A stretch of 64,000 nucleotides of DNA, taken from the NCBI GenBank assembly GCA_963667015.2, contig CAXXJJ010000004.1:1824001-1888000 (forward strand). Direction: 5' to 3'. Positions 21,926-31,951 of the stretch are shown here, piece by piece. The DNA is from Desulfatiglandales bacterium (GTDB taxonomy: Bacteria > Desulfobacterota > DSM-4660 > Desulfatiglandales > HGW-15). A model generated the notes under the pieces. It was given only the letters and a program-made list of their open reading frames with translations. It was not told the DNA's origin and made no database searches. A program made the position numbers and the translations under genes. Every line of letters starts with the position of its first letter. Within the stretch, counting starts at the first letter, position 1.

Positions 21926-22888
21926 ATGCGAAAATTAAGTATCATGCTGGCAACAACTTTAATGCTGGCCTTAAATCTATCCAATGCCATTGCAGGTGAA
22001 TGCGACCGTGAGTGTCTGATAAAGCTGGCAGACGACTATCTTTCTGCACTGGTATCCCATAACCCTGAAAATGTGCCGCTTGCAGATAATGTCAGGACAG
22101 TGGAAAACGCCAATCCAATAAAACCGGGGGAAGGCCTATGGAAAACAGCAACTGCCGGCCCCACTGAATTCAAAATTATAGTTCCTGATATCGTGTCACA
22201 GCAGGTAGGGGGCATGGTTATTATGGAATCCGAAGGGAAACCTGCACAGTTCGGATTCCGGTTAAAACTTTCCAATGGCAATATTGTGGAAGCGGAACAC
22301 CTTGTCTCGTTATTACGCGGTACGGAAATCCCGGAAACACTTCAGAAAGTCAGACCTGCCATACCCATGGAAATACCTTATGAATACGCAGATTCGCGCG
22401 GTAGACTTATCTACATGGCCGGATCATACTACGATGCAGTAGAACTTAACAATGGTTATCTGGCACCATTTGCAGATGACTGTGAACGCATTGAAAACGG
22501 ATACCGGACCGCGCCATCAGGCGGACCGCTGGGTGGAGTGGGCATACCCGGAGCATCAAAACGTCCGGTTGGGCTGCTGGGCATGGTTACATGCACGAGT
22601 CAGATCAATATGCAGACTTTTGAGTATATAAATGAGGTTGTCAACAGAAGGGTTTTAATAGCCGATACAATGACCGGCCTTGCAATCGGTTTTTCTGATT
22701 TCCGTCATAAAATGGATAAAAAGAAATTCAGATTGATCGGTGATCCGGGCAGAGAATATGTAGAAAGAAACTTTGACCCCTTTGACACACTGGCAATGCA
22801 TATATTCAAAATCTGGGGAGGAGAAATACATCAGATTGAAACGATTGGAGTCATGGCTCCATTCAATACGCCGGGTGGATGGGATTAG
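21926..22888 (+). CDS. Secreted hypothetical protein, paralog of 20918-21847
   Basis: RBS GGGAG; signal peptide; CDRECL..DDYLSAL..HNP, CERIENG, C-terminal GW. Confidence 0.75.
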   Translation: MRKLSIMLATTLMLALNLSNAIAGECDRECLIKLADDYLSALVSHNPENVPLADNVRTVENANPIKPGEGLWKTATAGPTEFKIIVPDIVSQQVGGMVIMESEGKPAQFGFRLKLSNGNIVEAEHLVSLLRGTEIPETLQKVRPAIPMEIPYEYADSRGRLIYMAGSYYDAVELNNGYLAPFADDCERIENGYRTAPSGGPLGGVGIPGASKRPVGLLGMVTCTSQINMQTFEYINEVVNRRVLIADTMTGLAIGFSDFRHKMDKKKFRLIGDPGREYVERNFDPFDTLAMHIFKIWGGEIHQIETIGVMAPFNTPGGWD

Positions 22889-23028
22889 CCAAACCGCTCA
22901 ATCAGGAGGTTGATTCAGAAAGATACTGTAAACCGGAAAGCTTTGATGCTATGGTCAACCTGTGCATACAACAATGAATAATGAAGAATCACCCTGTTTT
23001 GTAAAATCAGGCAGAGACAGGTTTTAAA

Positions 23029-23245
23029 CCCAATGTTGTTGATTTAAGAAACTTGTTTCCCAAAAGCATCTCTGGATGCGATATGTTAATAGGCTCTCAG
23101 GAACAAATAATATTCTAAGCTCTGTAGGAGCGATACATTCCAACTATGTCGCCCCTATGGGGCTATTTATTTTTGTACTATTGTGACTATTAACATAACA
23201 CCGCGATGCGGCTAAAAACTAAACCCTAAGTCAACAAGTATTGGG
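23029..23245. mobile_element. MITE-like insertion with ~21-bp imperfect TIRs and TTTTAAA duplication inside a REP-like palindrome
   Basis: CCCAATGTTGTTGATTTAAG ... CTAAGTCAACAAGTATTGGG; removal restores GAGACAGGTTTTAAACCTGTCTC. Confidence 0.7.
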
Positions 23246-23450
23246 TTTTAAACCTGTCTCAAAGATATTCCGAAATTTTATTACTTGTTAAAATATTTGC
23301 AGCCTATCAGAGATAGGTAAATCCAACCACGCATTCATTCCCTCGCATGAGGGAATCCATTTTTTGATTTTCTTCTCAATGCAAACAAGAGCTATTAGGA
23401 GATCTGCCCCCTTTACTTCAATGTGTAAAGCGGGATGTTATTCGATTGTC

Positions 23451-23552
23451 AAGTTACCATACAAAATATGATTATCTGCATATTGTATGGTAACTTATTC
23501 TTGACAATTGTTACCATACAACTTACCATATTTTTAAGTTTGTATGGTAACA
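23451..23552 (+). promoter_or_regulatory. Sigma70 promoter with two operator inverted repeats
   Basis: TTGACA (23501) - 17 nt - TACCAT; IR1 AAGTTACCATACAA/TTGTATGGTAACTT; IR2 TGTTACCATACAA/TTGTATGGTAACA. Confidence 0.8.
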
Positions 23553-23562
23553 GGAGTTTATT

Positions 23563-23880
23563 ATGGCTATTAAGGGTGTATTAAAAGAAGAATTGGATAA
23601 TTCCATAAGGATGAAAGAAAGCTATGAAAAGGAATTGGCAAAACTTCCAGTTGGGAGTCTTGTCCAAAAAAAGATTAAGGGCCATGTTTATTATTATGTA
23701 GTGCTTAGAGAAAATGGGGATGTAAAATTCAACTATCAGGGCAAGAATGTACCGGATGAAATAAAAGAAAAATATGCAAGGGCAAAAGAATTAAGAAAAA
23801 AATACCGAAACAATATTTCCCAAATAAAAAAACAGATAAAATTTTTAAAAGGTGCATTACGTGGACAGGAGTCAATCTGA
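23563..23880 (+). CDS. Small basic protein, putative antitoxin/regulator
   Basis: RBS CAGGAG; LPVGSL..KKIKGHVYYY; overlaps the next gene. Confidence 0.7.
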   Translation: MAIKGVLKEELDNSIRMKESYEKELAKLPVGSLVQKKIKGHVYYYVVLRENGDVKFNYQGKNVPDEIKEKYARAKELRKKYRNNISQIKKQIKFLKGALRGQESI

Positions 23881-24544
23881 ATTATTTCTGGAAATCCTGA
23901 GGCGTCTTGATAAGACAGATATTCTATCAAAGATCATCCTTATCGGCAGCTGGTGCCTACCGTTATACAGGCATTATTATTCTATAGAAAGCAACCTGAC
24001 AACACTGAGAACCAGGGACATTGACTTCCTTGTCTCAAGAAAAGAGAAGATTAAAGAAAAAATTGATTTGCCAAAACTACTTGAGGATCTTGGATTTATC
24101 GAGGATTATAAGTTTCCGCAAGGACATGTAAGACTTGTGCACCCTGAATTGATAATGGAGTTCCTGGTTGAGGAAAGAGGCAGAGGTTCTGAAAAGCCTT
24201 ATCCATTGCCCTTTTTATCGATGAACGCTCAGAAAATTAGATTGCTGGGAATGTTGGAAGAAAATACAGTGACAGTTGTTTTCAATGGTATAGAAGTAAG
24301 ACTGCCTCATCCTGTCAATTATGGATTCCATAAACTTATAATTTCATCAAGAAGAAGAAATGAAGATAAAAAGCAAAAAGACATAGATACTGGATTGAGT
24401 GTATTAAATATGTGTCTGGAAAATGAGGAGGAAAATATATTAGTTGAAGTATATAAACATATCCCCAAAAAACAGAAAAAGAGTATAAGTAATGTAATAA
24501 ATGATGAAAAAGAATACGACCTTTTAAAAATGTTGGATAAATGA
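23852..24544 (+). CDS. Nucleotidyltransferase-fold protein (GSU2403-like), putative toxin
   Basis: ILIGSW and LRTRDIDF Pol-beta-type motifs; HKL..RR..K..KD; AT-rich; start may be GTG 23861. Confidence 0.78.
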   Translation: MHYVDRSQSELFLEILRRLDKTDILSKIILIGSWCLPLYRHYYSIESNLTTLRTRDIDFLVSRKEKIKEKIDLPKLLEDLGFIEDYKFPQGHVRLVHPELIMEFLVEERGRGSEKPYPLPFLSMNAQKIRLLGMLEENTVTVVFNGIEVRLPHPVNYGFHKLIISSRRRNEDKKQKDIDTGLSVLNMCLENEEENILVEVYKHIPKKQKKSISNVINDEKEYDLLKMLDK

Positions 24545-24773
24545 TTCAAATCTCCATTTAGCTCATTTTGTTAATTTTATCTTCAATATTCTATCAGTTT
24601 ACAGCTGTTTTTTAACCTTGCCCACTATTTTTTTAGGTTCATGAGCTGATAGAAGATCTGCCTCCTTTACATTCAGCCTGTCTTTCATCCTGTCATTTCG
24701 AAGTGAAACTGAGAAATCCGTCTCTTCGCATTCCCTAACAGCCTTCAGACTAAAAAACTTCCCTGGCCCGGCA

Positions 24774-24960
24774 AAGCCTCGGCGACGACGGCAGCCTGGT
24801 TTTTCCCCTGACCTCTGACTTCCGGTTTCCGATCTCTGTTTTTTTTGCTTCCCCTAACAGTCTTCAGCCTTCAGTCTAACAGCCTGGTAATAAATCTTGA
24901 ATTTATTACAAAAAAGTCCTAAGAATAAAACATATCTTTTCGGATATAATGATTTACTGC
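24774..24960 (+). repeat. ~187-bp repeat, copy 1 (inverted relative to 31746-31931)
   Basis: Manual alignment about 90% identical with an identical 43-bp core containing GTAATAAAT-CTTGA-ATTTATTAC. Confidence 0.9.
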
Positions 24961-25165
24961 ATCTTGTCCGCCTCAGGCGGATTAAAGTCTTTCAAAATAA
25001 ATTATTGCTAGTTTTAAAATAAAAACCATTATCCTGTTTTAACAAGAGGGGAAAATATTATTTGATTATTTAAGGACTTCCCCTGGATTCGCACCTATTG
25101 GCTAATGAAAAGTTTTATTTGAGATTTAAGCAAAATCTTATGTGTTTTGAAATAAAGGATAGCTT

Positions 25166-27097
25166 ATGAAAAAGTGGCCTTATCCGGTTCATTACGGGAA
25201 AGAAAATGAAATAGAAACGGATGTTCTCTTTATAGGGGGAGGGATAGCCGGTTCCCATGGCGCTATCAGTGCAGCGAAAAAAGGCGCCAGGGTTGCAGTC
25301 GTTGATAAGGGACCGGTCATAAGGAGCGGTCTTGGCGGGGCGGGTGTCGACCACTGGCACCTTGCCTGCACGAATCCGGCGTCAAATATCACGCCGGATG
25401 AAATCATGGAATATGTGTCGGGTTTCGGGGATTACGGATACCTTGAGTTCGGAAACGGCATTTCGGCCTACATCACTGCAAGAGAGAGTTATGATGCGCT
25501 TCTTGATATCGAAAAAATGGGCGTGAAAGTAAGAGATGTCGATAATGAGTTCGTGGGCGCACCCTTCAGAGACGAAAAAACAAAGCTGATGTTTGCCTAC
25601 GACTATGACAGCAGATATACCATCCGGGTTCAGGCCGCAAAGGTAAAGCCGGCATTGTACAACGAAATGAAGCGGCTTGGCGTTCAAATTTTTGACCGTA
25701 TTACAATGACGAGCCTGTTAACCGAAAACGGCAGCCAGGGAGGCAGGGTTATCGGTGCGACGGGCGTTCACAGGCGCACGGGAGAATTTTTTATTTTCAA
25801 GACAAAAGCCGTCGTCATGTCTGTGGCCCGGCCCCATGATATCTGGATTTTTGATACCGAACTGAAGGGTTCCGGGAATATGAACGAACCCAATAACACC
25901 TGCGAGGGCCTCGATATGATGTGGCGGGCCGGAGTGGAGCTGACGATGATGGAGTCCAGCAGCACCCATCTGCAGACCGGAGGATTCGGATGTATTCCCT
26001 ATTCGACAGGAAACTCCCACAACACCTGGTTTGCGTGCACACTCGTTGATGCCGATGGTAAAGAAATCCCCTGGGTGGACCGGAATGGAAAAGTACTTGA
26101 GACAGTTGAAGAGAGGTATCACGCGGCACCGGGACAGAGGACGTTTATTTATGACGGTCCAAAACTGATCCCTGATCTTCCCGAAAGGATTGCCAGGGGA
26201 GAGTTTAAATTGCCCCTGTATGCCGATCTTCCCTCGATGCCTGAGCATGAAAGAAAAGCCATATGGGGACTCATGGTGGGAAATGAGGGGAAAACGCTCG
26301 TACCCGTATTTCACACATTTCAGAATGCCGGATTTGACCCCGATAAAGACATGCTTCAGGCGACATTGCAGCCGCCGGATTACTACACCTGGGGATCGTG
26401 GTGGAAAGGATACGGCCCCCGGCAGTACAGGGCGCTTAGCGGGGGAGGTCCATTATTCGACTGGGATCTCAAAACCAGCCTTGAAGGTCTCTACGCGGCC
26501 GGATCGACACTCGCATGGGGGGGAAGCCATGCGACTTCGGCATGTACCGGACGGTATGCCGGAAGAAATGCTGCCGTGTATGCCTTGCAGGCAGGGAACT
26601 GTCCTGTTGACAGGAACCAGATCAATACGGAAAAAGAGAGGGTATACGCCCCGATAAGACGTCAAAAAGGCCTGGGATGGAAGGAATTGAAATCAGGCCT
26701 TGCCAGAATCATGCAGGACTATTGCGGTGAAGTGAAAAATGAAGAAACGCTTAAACTTGGATTGAACTGGATAGACAGTATCAGAGAAAGTGAACTCAAC
26801 ATGGCGTATGCGAGAAATCCCCACGAGCTGGGAAGGAGCATCGAGTTCATGGCAGGTGTCAGTTTGAGCGAGGCGATCATTCATGCCTGCCTTAATAGAA
26901 AGGCAAGCAGTCCCCGTTTGGGTATGAACAGGACAGACTACCCTGATATAGATCCTCCCGAATGGAACAAGTACCTCACCATTAAACAGGAGGGGGGAGA
27001 AATAAGGACGGGCGAAGCGGCATTTCAATACTGGCTGCTGCCGCCATATGCTGCCGATTATGACAAAAATTATCAGACCCACAACAACCTGGATTGA
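25166..27097 (+). CDS. Second AprA/SdhA-like FAD oxidoreductase
   Basis: WPYPV..ENEIETDVLFIGGGIAG; colinear with 3052-4983, both 643 aa. Confidence 0.88.
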   Translation: MKKWPYPVHYGKENEIETDVLFIGGGIAGSHGAISAAKKGARVAVVDKGPVIRSGLGGAGVDHWHLACTNPASNITPDEIMEYVSGFGDYGYLEFGNGISAYITARESYDALLDIEKMGVKVRDVDNEFVGAPFRDEKTKLMFAYDYDSRYTIRVQAAKVKPALYNEMKRLGVQIFDRITMTSLLTENGSQGGRVIGATGVHRRTGEFFIFKTKAVVMSVARPHDIWIFDTELKGSGNMNEPNNTCEGLDMMWRAGVELTMMESSSTHLQTGGFGCIPYSTGNSHNTWFACTLVDADGKEIPWVDRNGKVLETVEERYHAAPGQRTFIYDGPKLIPDLPERIARGEFKLPLYADLPSMPEHERKAIWGLMVGNEGKTLVPVFHTFQNAGFDPDKDMLQATLQPPDYYTWGSWWKGYGPRQYRALSGGGPLFDWDLKTSLEGLYAAGSTLAWGGSHATSACTGRYAGRNAAVYALQAGNCPVDRNQINTEKERVYAPIRRQKGLGWKELKSGLARIMQDYCGEVKNEETLKLGLNWIDSIRESELNMAYARNPHELGRSIEFMAGVSLSEAIIHACLNRKASSPRLGMNRTDYPDIDPPEWNKYLTIKQEGGEIRTGEAAFQYWLLPPYAADYDKNYQTHNNLD

Positions 27098-27117
27098 TTT
27101 GGAGGGAGAAAAAAATA

Positions 27118-27456
27118 ATGGAAAACCAGGCTTATTTAACAACCAATCCGATGATGCCCAACCAGTGTGTGGATATAAATCCTGAGATTTGTATCGGGTG
27201 CAATTCATGTGTTGATGTATGCCGCTCGGATTTACTGGTTACCAATCATGAAAAGGGGAAACCGCCTTATGTCATGTATCCCGATGAATGCTGGTTTTGC
27301 GGATGCTGTGTTGAGCACTGTCCGGTAGAGGGAGCGATTACCATGGTTTTCCCACTAAACCAGCGTGTGGGGTGGAAGAGAAAGGAGACAGGAGAGTATT
27401 TCAGGCTCGGGATGAAGAATCCGCCGCCGCCCAATAAAAAGCCGCCTATCGGCTGA
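27118..27456 (+). CDS. AprB-like ferredoxin
   Basis: CIGCNSCVDVC, ECWFCGCCVEHCP; RBS GGAGGGAG. Confidence 0.88.
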   Translation: MENQAYLTTNPMMPNQCVDINPEICIGCNSCVDVCRSDLLVTNHEKGKPPYVMYPDECWFCGCCVEHCPVEGAITMVFPLNQRVGWKRKETGEYFRLGMKNPPPPNKKPPIG

Positions 27457-27604
27457 GATAGGATTTTTAACAGCAAAATAGTAAAAAGAAACAGTGGTAG
27501 CGGGACGCTGTTTAATAATTCAATGAAACTATTCGCAGATTATTAAACAGCGTACCGGTCAATGGTCACGAATGGATTTCTAACATACTTGGAGTTTATT
27601 CCAC

Positions 27605-30600
27605 TTGAAAGAAGGACAAGAAACGATTGATCTTGAAAAAATGCAAGCATTCTTTGCTGAAAGAGCACGGTGGGCTTCCTTGTCAGTCACGATAGAGGAA
27701 ATAGCTCATGATAATAAAGCATTAGTCAAAGAACTGTCTCGGTATGATTCTCAAATAGCTATCCCACTTATATCTAGCCTGCTGACAATCCCAGAATATC
27801 AAACTAATTGTATTAGGTTGGAAGTGCTTCTTGCCTTGGTAGTTACATATTGTAATGGCAAGAAAAAACCTGAAAATAAAGACATTGGTCGTTGGTTCTA
27901 CAAGATTGGCAAATCAAAAAGTTCGATCGGAGAAGATCCAGCTGAAGATGTTTTTGTATCTTTAGTTCAAGGAGAAAATGGAGACTACAGGATATTAGAG
28001 GGAGTATGGGAGGCTGCAGGATTTTATACTCAAATCGTTTTAGATGTTGTATTAACGATGCCTAATGGAAAAGGGTTTGATTCTATAAAAAGAAGCGTCA
28101 TATCGATGCTGAAAATTTCAGATGAATTATGTAGAAAATCAAAACTAAGACGATATCAATTAGGCTCTGACGAGATACATGATACTATTTCAATTGGAAA
28201 GCTCCCTAAAAGGAGTAAATTAATATCACGTGTAAATATACCTATAAAATACTTAGATGACAGAGGAATTGAACTGCATGATTTAAAACCATTTCTATTT
28301 CATCCTTCTATGATAGAAGAGTTAACTATACAGCAAGTAGGAAATAGTTACCTTGATAAATATCCTCTCACTCTACTTTCAGATTCACAACTAACCGTCT
28401 TATTGCCGACTGCTATTTCAGTTGGGATACGTGAGTTCATTATAAATACAATGGTTGAATATGGATTGACCGATTCTTTTGATAAAGTGCTAGCACAAAA
28501 ATATTCAAATCTATTTTTTAAAACACCTCTGTTAGGAGGACCATTACATGCCCCAGCATACCGGAAAAATAAAGATAGATATCATACTAGTAGTTTTGGT
28601 TTTAAAGTAGATGAAGGGTACTATATTTCTTTTCACTTATTTCTCCCGTCAATAGTGCAACACGGGAGTACAGGTTTTAAAGATCCTATTGTAGATGATG
28701 GTGATCTTACAAAAGAGTTGCAGGAATCGATAAATAATTCGGTAGATCATTTTTCAAAAGAAGAAGGTTTTAAAGAAGGGTTAGTTGTCTTAGTCGGATG
28801 TGGGTGGGGTAAAGGATATGCAACGAATACCATAGAATTTGAATACCCAAACTGGAGATTTGAACATATTTCAGCTGCTGATTTAATTCGAATTAGCTGG
28901 ATTGGTAAAATGAATCCTAGCTACTTTTGGAGGATAGAGGATGGATTAACTGCAATTGAGAATCATGGTGTAACTATTGAAAATATTAATGGTATTTTAA
29001 ACTTGATTGGTTGGGTTCGTGAAAATAATGGACATTTTGTTCCCCACACTCAATTGTTAGAAGGCAAAATCACCAGTGAACACCCCTTAATGATTCAGAT
29101 TCCTACCAATCTACTAAGAAACGTAAGAGCGGATTCATACAATTGCTATGATAGGCATAGCATACAAGATAATACGGGTATGTGGCATGAAGTCCAATAC
29201 GATTCAGCAGAACCTTTATTTCCAACCGATAGTTCAAAGAAAACATATGCATCAATGACGGATGTTGAAAGGAAAATACTCACATCTGTGTATGAAGGGA
29301 AATTTAATTTATGGCTTACAATAAAAGCCGAATATATAGAAGAAGCAGAAGTGGAATATCATTTATGGAAAATGGGTCATGAATGGTTGCACCGCATCGG
29401 AAGAGAATTTGATAAAAATGTAAAAAATATTAGTTCCGAGCTAACCTTTAGGGTATACGCAGAATTTAGGGATGAGACTCCTTCTCATAAACCAACAGAA
29501 AAACCGGATAAAAGCAATTTAATTTTACTCTGTGAGACTAAGGAAACTGAGGAAAAAAATGCAGGTATAGCCGTTTTTAACAAAGGCTTTTTAGATGGAT
29601 TCGCTTTTGCAGAAAATATTGCAGAACGCCTATTTGTGATGAATGTTGTTCGAGTTTTTTTGTCACTAATTGACGAAGATGATGTTAGTGGGAAAACAGA
29701 TGATTTGCTTGGAAAAATAGTAGAAAACAATGAAGCGCGAAGTTTCCATTTTTTTCGTGCGCAACATTTTATTGATTATGTACAAGATTCTCTCCCCAAA
29801 AAGTTTATAGAGATCGATGATATTAATGATGGAATTGTTAAATTGGGGCTTGGATGGAGAGCCTTAAAAAAGGATTTAGATGGTGATAATAAATTGTTTG
29901 GCCGAGAAGAATGTAATGATTTTTTAAATGAAGCTGTAGACATTCTAATCTCAGAGCTTACCGAAATGCTAAGCAAGTTTAATAGGAAAAGCACTTTATT
30001 AAAGCTAATTGCTAACAGTGAAAAAGCGGGTGCTGAAAAGGACCACTGGAAAAGGACCTCTGCTGCAGTTCTTGGGCTACATGGAAAAAATGATAAAACT
30101 ACAAGTACATATGTTAAAGAAGCCTCAAAATTTGCAGGCGCAGGGATTGCCAGTCGAGTCCTCATAGAAATGGCACTCTGTATATGCCCGCTAGATAAAG
30201 GCGAAATACTGTCAGATATCGAAATAAGTAAGTTGTTAGCAAGGGCATCGCTTGTTGTGCGTTATGGTGGATTATCTGATGCTATAAGATTTAACGCTTT
30301 ACCACCTGAACTACATATCTCAGCTTTGGGTGATATTCTATTCAAGGATGACTTTGGTGAAATTGTGGTTCAACCAATGTTGTCACAAGTCTCAGGAGAT
30401 AGTTATATTTCTGATGCTCCCAGACAGGTAAAAAACTATGATGATCCTGTTATTACTGGGTCAGCTAAAAAAAATATTGATAAGCAATTTTGGGATATAT
30501 GGATAGAGGAGATGGGATTTAATATTGATGAAGCTCGTAATATTATAGAGATATTAGAAGATCATGGTATTGATCAACGAAAAGCTATATTTGAGGTTAA

Positions 30601-31408
30601 AAGAAATGATTTTATTAAGCTAGTTTGTAAAGATGTTGTATCAACTGTTGCTGCTGAAAATTTTTTGAAACAGTTTGTACTTCGCACACGAAAACATTGG
30701 GAAAAAACTCCCAAAGGATTTACATTGGATGAAATTTATCCTTGGCGTTACGGTAGAAGATTATCATTTGCGACTAGACCAATATTGGAAATAGATACTT
30801 GTGATAATCCCACTTTAATTGTTTCTCCTGGTGCATTAAGAAAAGGCTTTACCTATTTATTTGATGGTACTTTTCGTGGACGTTTTAAACAGGCATTTTA
30901 TAAAACTGATAAAATGAAAAATGAGTGGTGGGGAAAAGCAAGTGAAGGACATAGCTTTAACGCTGAAGCTGCAAAAAAGCTTAAGGAAAAAGGTTGGAAC
31001 ATTAAAGAAAATATTGGTTTACCGGAAATATTAAACAAAAAATTGGATAAGGACTACGGTGACATTGATATATTGGCATGGAATCCAAAAAGAATTGAAG
31101 TCCTAATAATTGAATGTAAAGATTTATCATTTGCAAGAAATTACTCGGAGATTGCTGCTCTGCTATCAACGTTTCAAGGTACATCTGATAAAAAAGGAAA
31201 AGGAGACCAGTTAAAAAAACACCTCGATAGAGTATGTTTAGTAAACAGACATTTGCCAGAGGTCAAAAAATACACCCAGCTCTCAGAAATAAAAATTATT
31301 TCTTGTTTGATTTTTAGCGGTGTTGTACCAATGCAGTTTGCGAAGATAAAAGCATTAAATACATCAGTGGTAGCAACTATTGATGATTTAATTTTAATGT
31401 ATAGCTGA
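27605..31408 (+). CDS. Large AT-rich hypothetical protein with C-terminal PD-(D/E)XK nuclease motif
   Basis: 1267-aa ORF; GDIDILAW..LIIECKD near the C-terminus; visibly lower GC than flanks. Confidence 0.75.
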   Translation: MKEGQETIDLEKMQAFFAERARWASLSVTIEEIAHDNKALVKELSRYDSQIAIPLISSLLTIPEYQTNCIRLEVLLALVVTYCNGKKKPENKDIGRWFYKIGKSKSSIGEDPAEDVFVSLVQGENGDYRILEGVWEAAGFYTQIVLDVVLTMPNGKGFDSIKRSVISMLKISDELCRKSKLRRYQLGSDEIHDTISIGKLPKRSKLISRVNIPIKYLDDRGIELHDLKPFLFHPSMIEELTIQQVGNSYLDKYPLTLLSDSQLTVLLPTAISVGIREFIINTMVEYGLTDSFDKVLAQKYSNLFFKTPLLGGPLHAPAYRKNKDRYHTSSFGFKVDEGYYISFHLFLPSIVQHGSTGFKDPIVDDGDLTKELQESINNSVDHFSKEEGFKEGLVVLVGCGWGKGYATNTIEFEYPNWRFEHISAADLIRISWIGKMNPSYFWRIEDGLTAIENHGVTIENINGILNLIGWVRENNGHFVPHTQLLEGKITSEHPLMIQIPTNLLRNVRADSYNCYDRHSIQDNTGMWHEVQYDSAEPLFPTDSSKKTYASMTDVERKILTSVYEGKFNLWLTIKAEYIEEAEVEYHLWKMGHEWLHRIGREFDKNVKNISSELTFRVYAEFRDETPSHKPTEKPDKSNLILLCETKETEEKNAGIAVFNKGFLDGFAFAENIAERLFVMNVVRVFLSLIDEDDVSGKTDDLLGKIVENNEARSFHFFRAQHFIDYVQDSLPKKFIEIDDINDGIVKLGLGWRALKKDLDGDNKLFGREECNDFLNEAVDILISELTEMLSKFNRKSTLLKLIANSEKAGAEKDHWKRTSAAVLGLHGKNDKTTSTYVKEASKFAGAGIASRVLIEMALCICPLDKGEILSDIEISKLLARASLVVRYGGLSDAIRFNALPPELHISALGDILFKDDFGEIVVQPMLSQVSGDSYISDAPRQVKNYDDPVITGSAKKNIDKQFWDIWIEEMGFNIDEARNIIEILEDHGIDQRKAIFEVKRNDFIKLVCKDVVSTVAAENFLKQFVLRTRKHWEKTPKGFTLDEIYPWRYGRRLSFATRPILEIDTCDNPTLIVSPGALRKGFTYLFDGTFRGRFKQAFYKTDKMKNEWWGKASEGHSFNAEAAKKLKEKGWNIKENIGLPEILNKKLDKDYGDIDILAWNPKRIEVLIIECKDLSFARNYSEIAALLSTFQGTSDKKGKGDQLKKHLDRVCLVNRHLPEVKKYTQLSEIKIISCLIFSGVVPMQFAKIKALNTSVVATIDDLILMYS

Positions 31409-31578
31409 GTGGGATTACGATCGGACCAAGCAAATTCTTTGTTATATAACGCTGTTAAGTTTTAAAGTTCCTCTTTATTTAACTGATATAAGACAACAGG
31501 AACACCATTCATCTTTTACAGCTTCCAATAATAACAAGCCAAAAACAACTGGATTCCACGGTCACAAAAACAGCCTTG

Positions 31579-31677
31579 CCCTGTTAAATAAGATTTGAAA
31601 ATCTTACCTTTCGGTATTTAACAGGGTTCACCCTATTAAATGCTGCTTCGCAGCCCGCTATGCGGATTTAACAGGGT
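31579..31677. repeat. Two tandem CCCT(G/A)TTAAAT...ATTTAACAGGG branched palindromes (degenerate copy 38355-38394)
   Basis: Conserved outer stem enclosing two small internal hairpins in each unit. Confidence 0.75.
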
Positions 31678-31745
31678 AAAAAATGACGACAAAAATACTT
31701 TTGTTTAATAAATCGTAAGACAACGCATTCACAATGCTTTTTAAG

Positions 31746-31931
31746 GCGGTAATTCATTATATCCGAAAAGATACGTACTATTTTTAGGACTTTTTTGTAA
31801 TAAATTCAAGATTTATTACCAGGCTGATAGACTGAAGGCTGAAGGCTGTTAGGGAAAGCAAAAAAAACAGAGATCAGAAGCCAGAAGTCAGAGGTCGGTA
31901 TTAAAGCAGGCTGCCGTCGTCGCCAAGGCTT
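31746..31931 (-). repeat. ~186-bp repeat, copy 2 (inverted)
   Basis: Reverse complement aligns with 24774-24960; partial third core near 38440-38467. Confidence 0.9.
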
Positions 31932-31951
31932 CAGTCTTCGATTAAAGCTAT

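Noticed and set aside
24900..24950. Chromosomal dif site in the repeat core
   Set aside because: No XerD-type TTATGTTAAAT arm, and the sequence is multicopy within 15 kb
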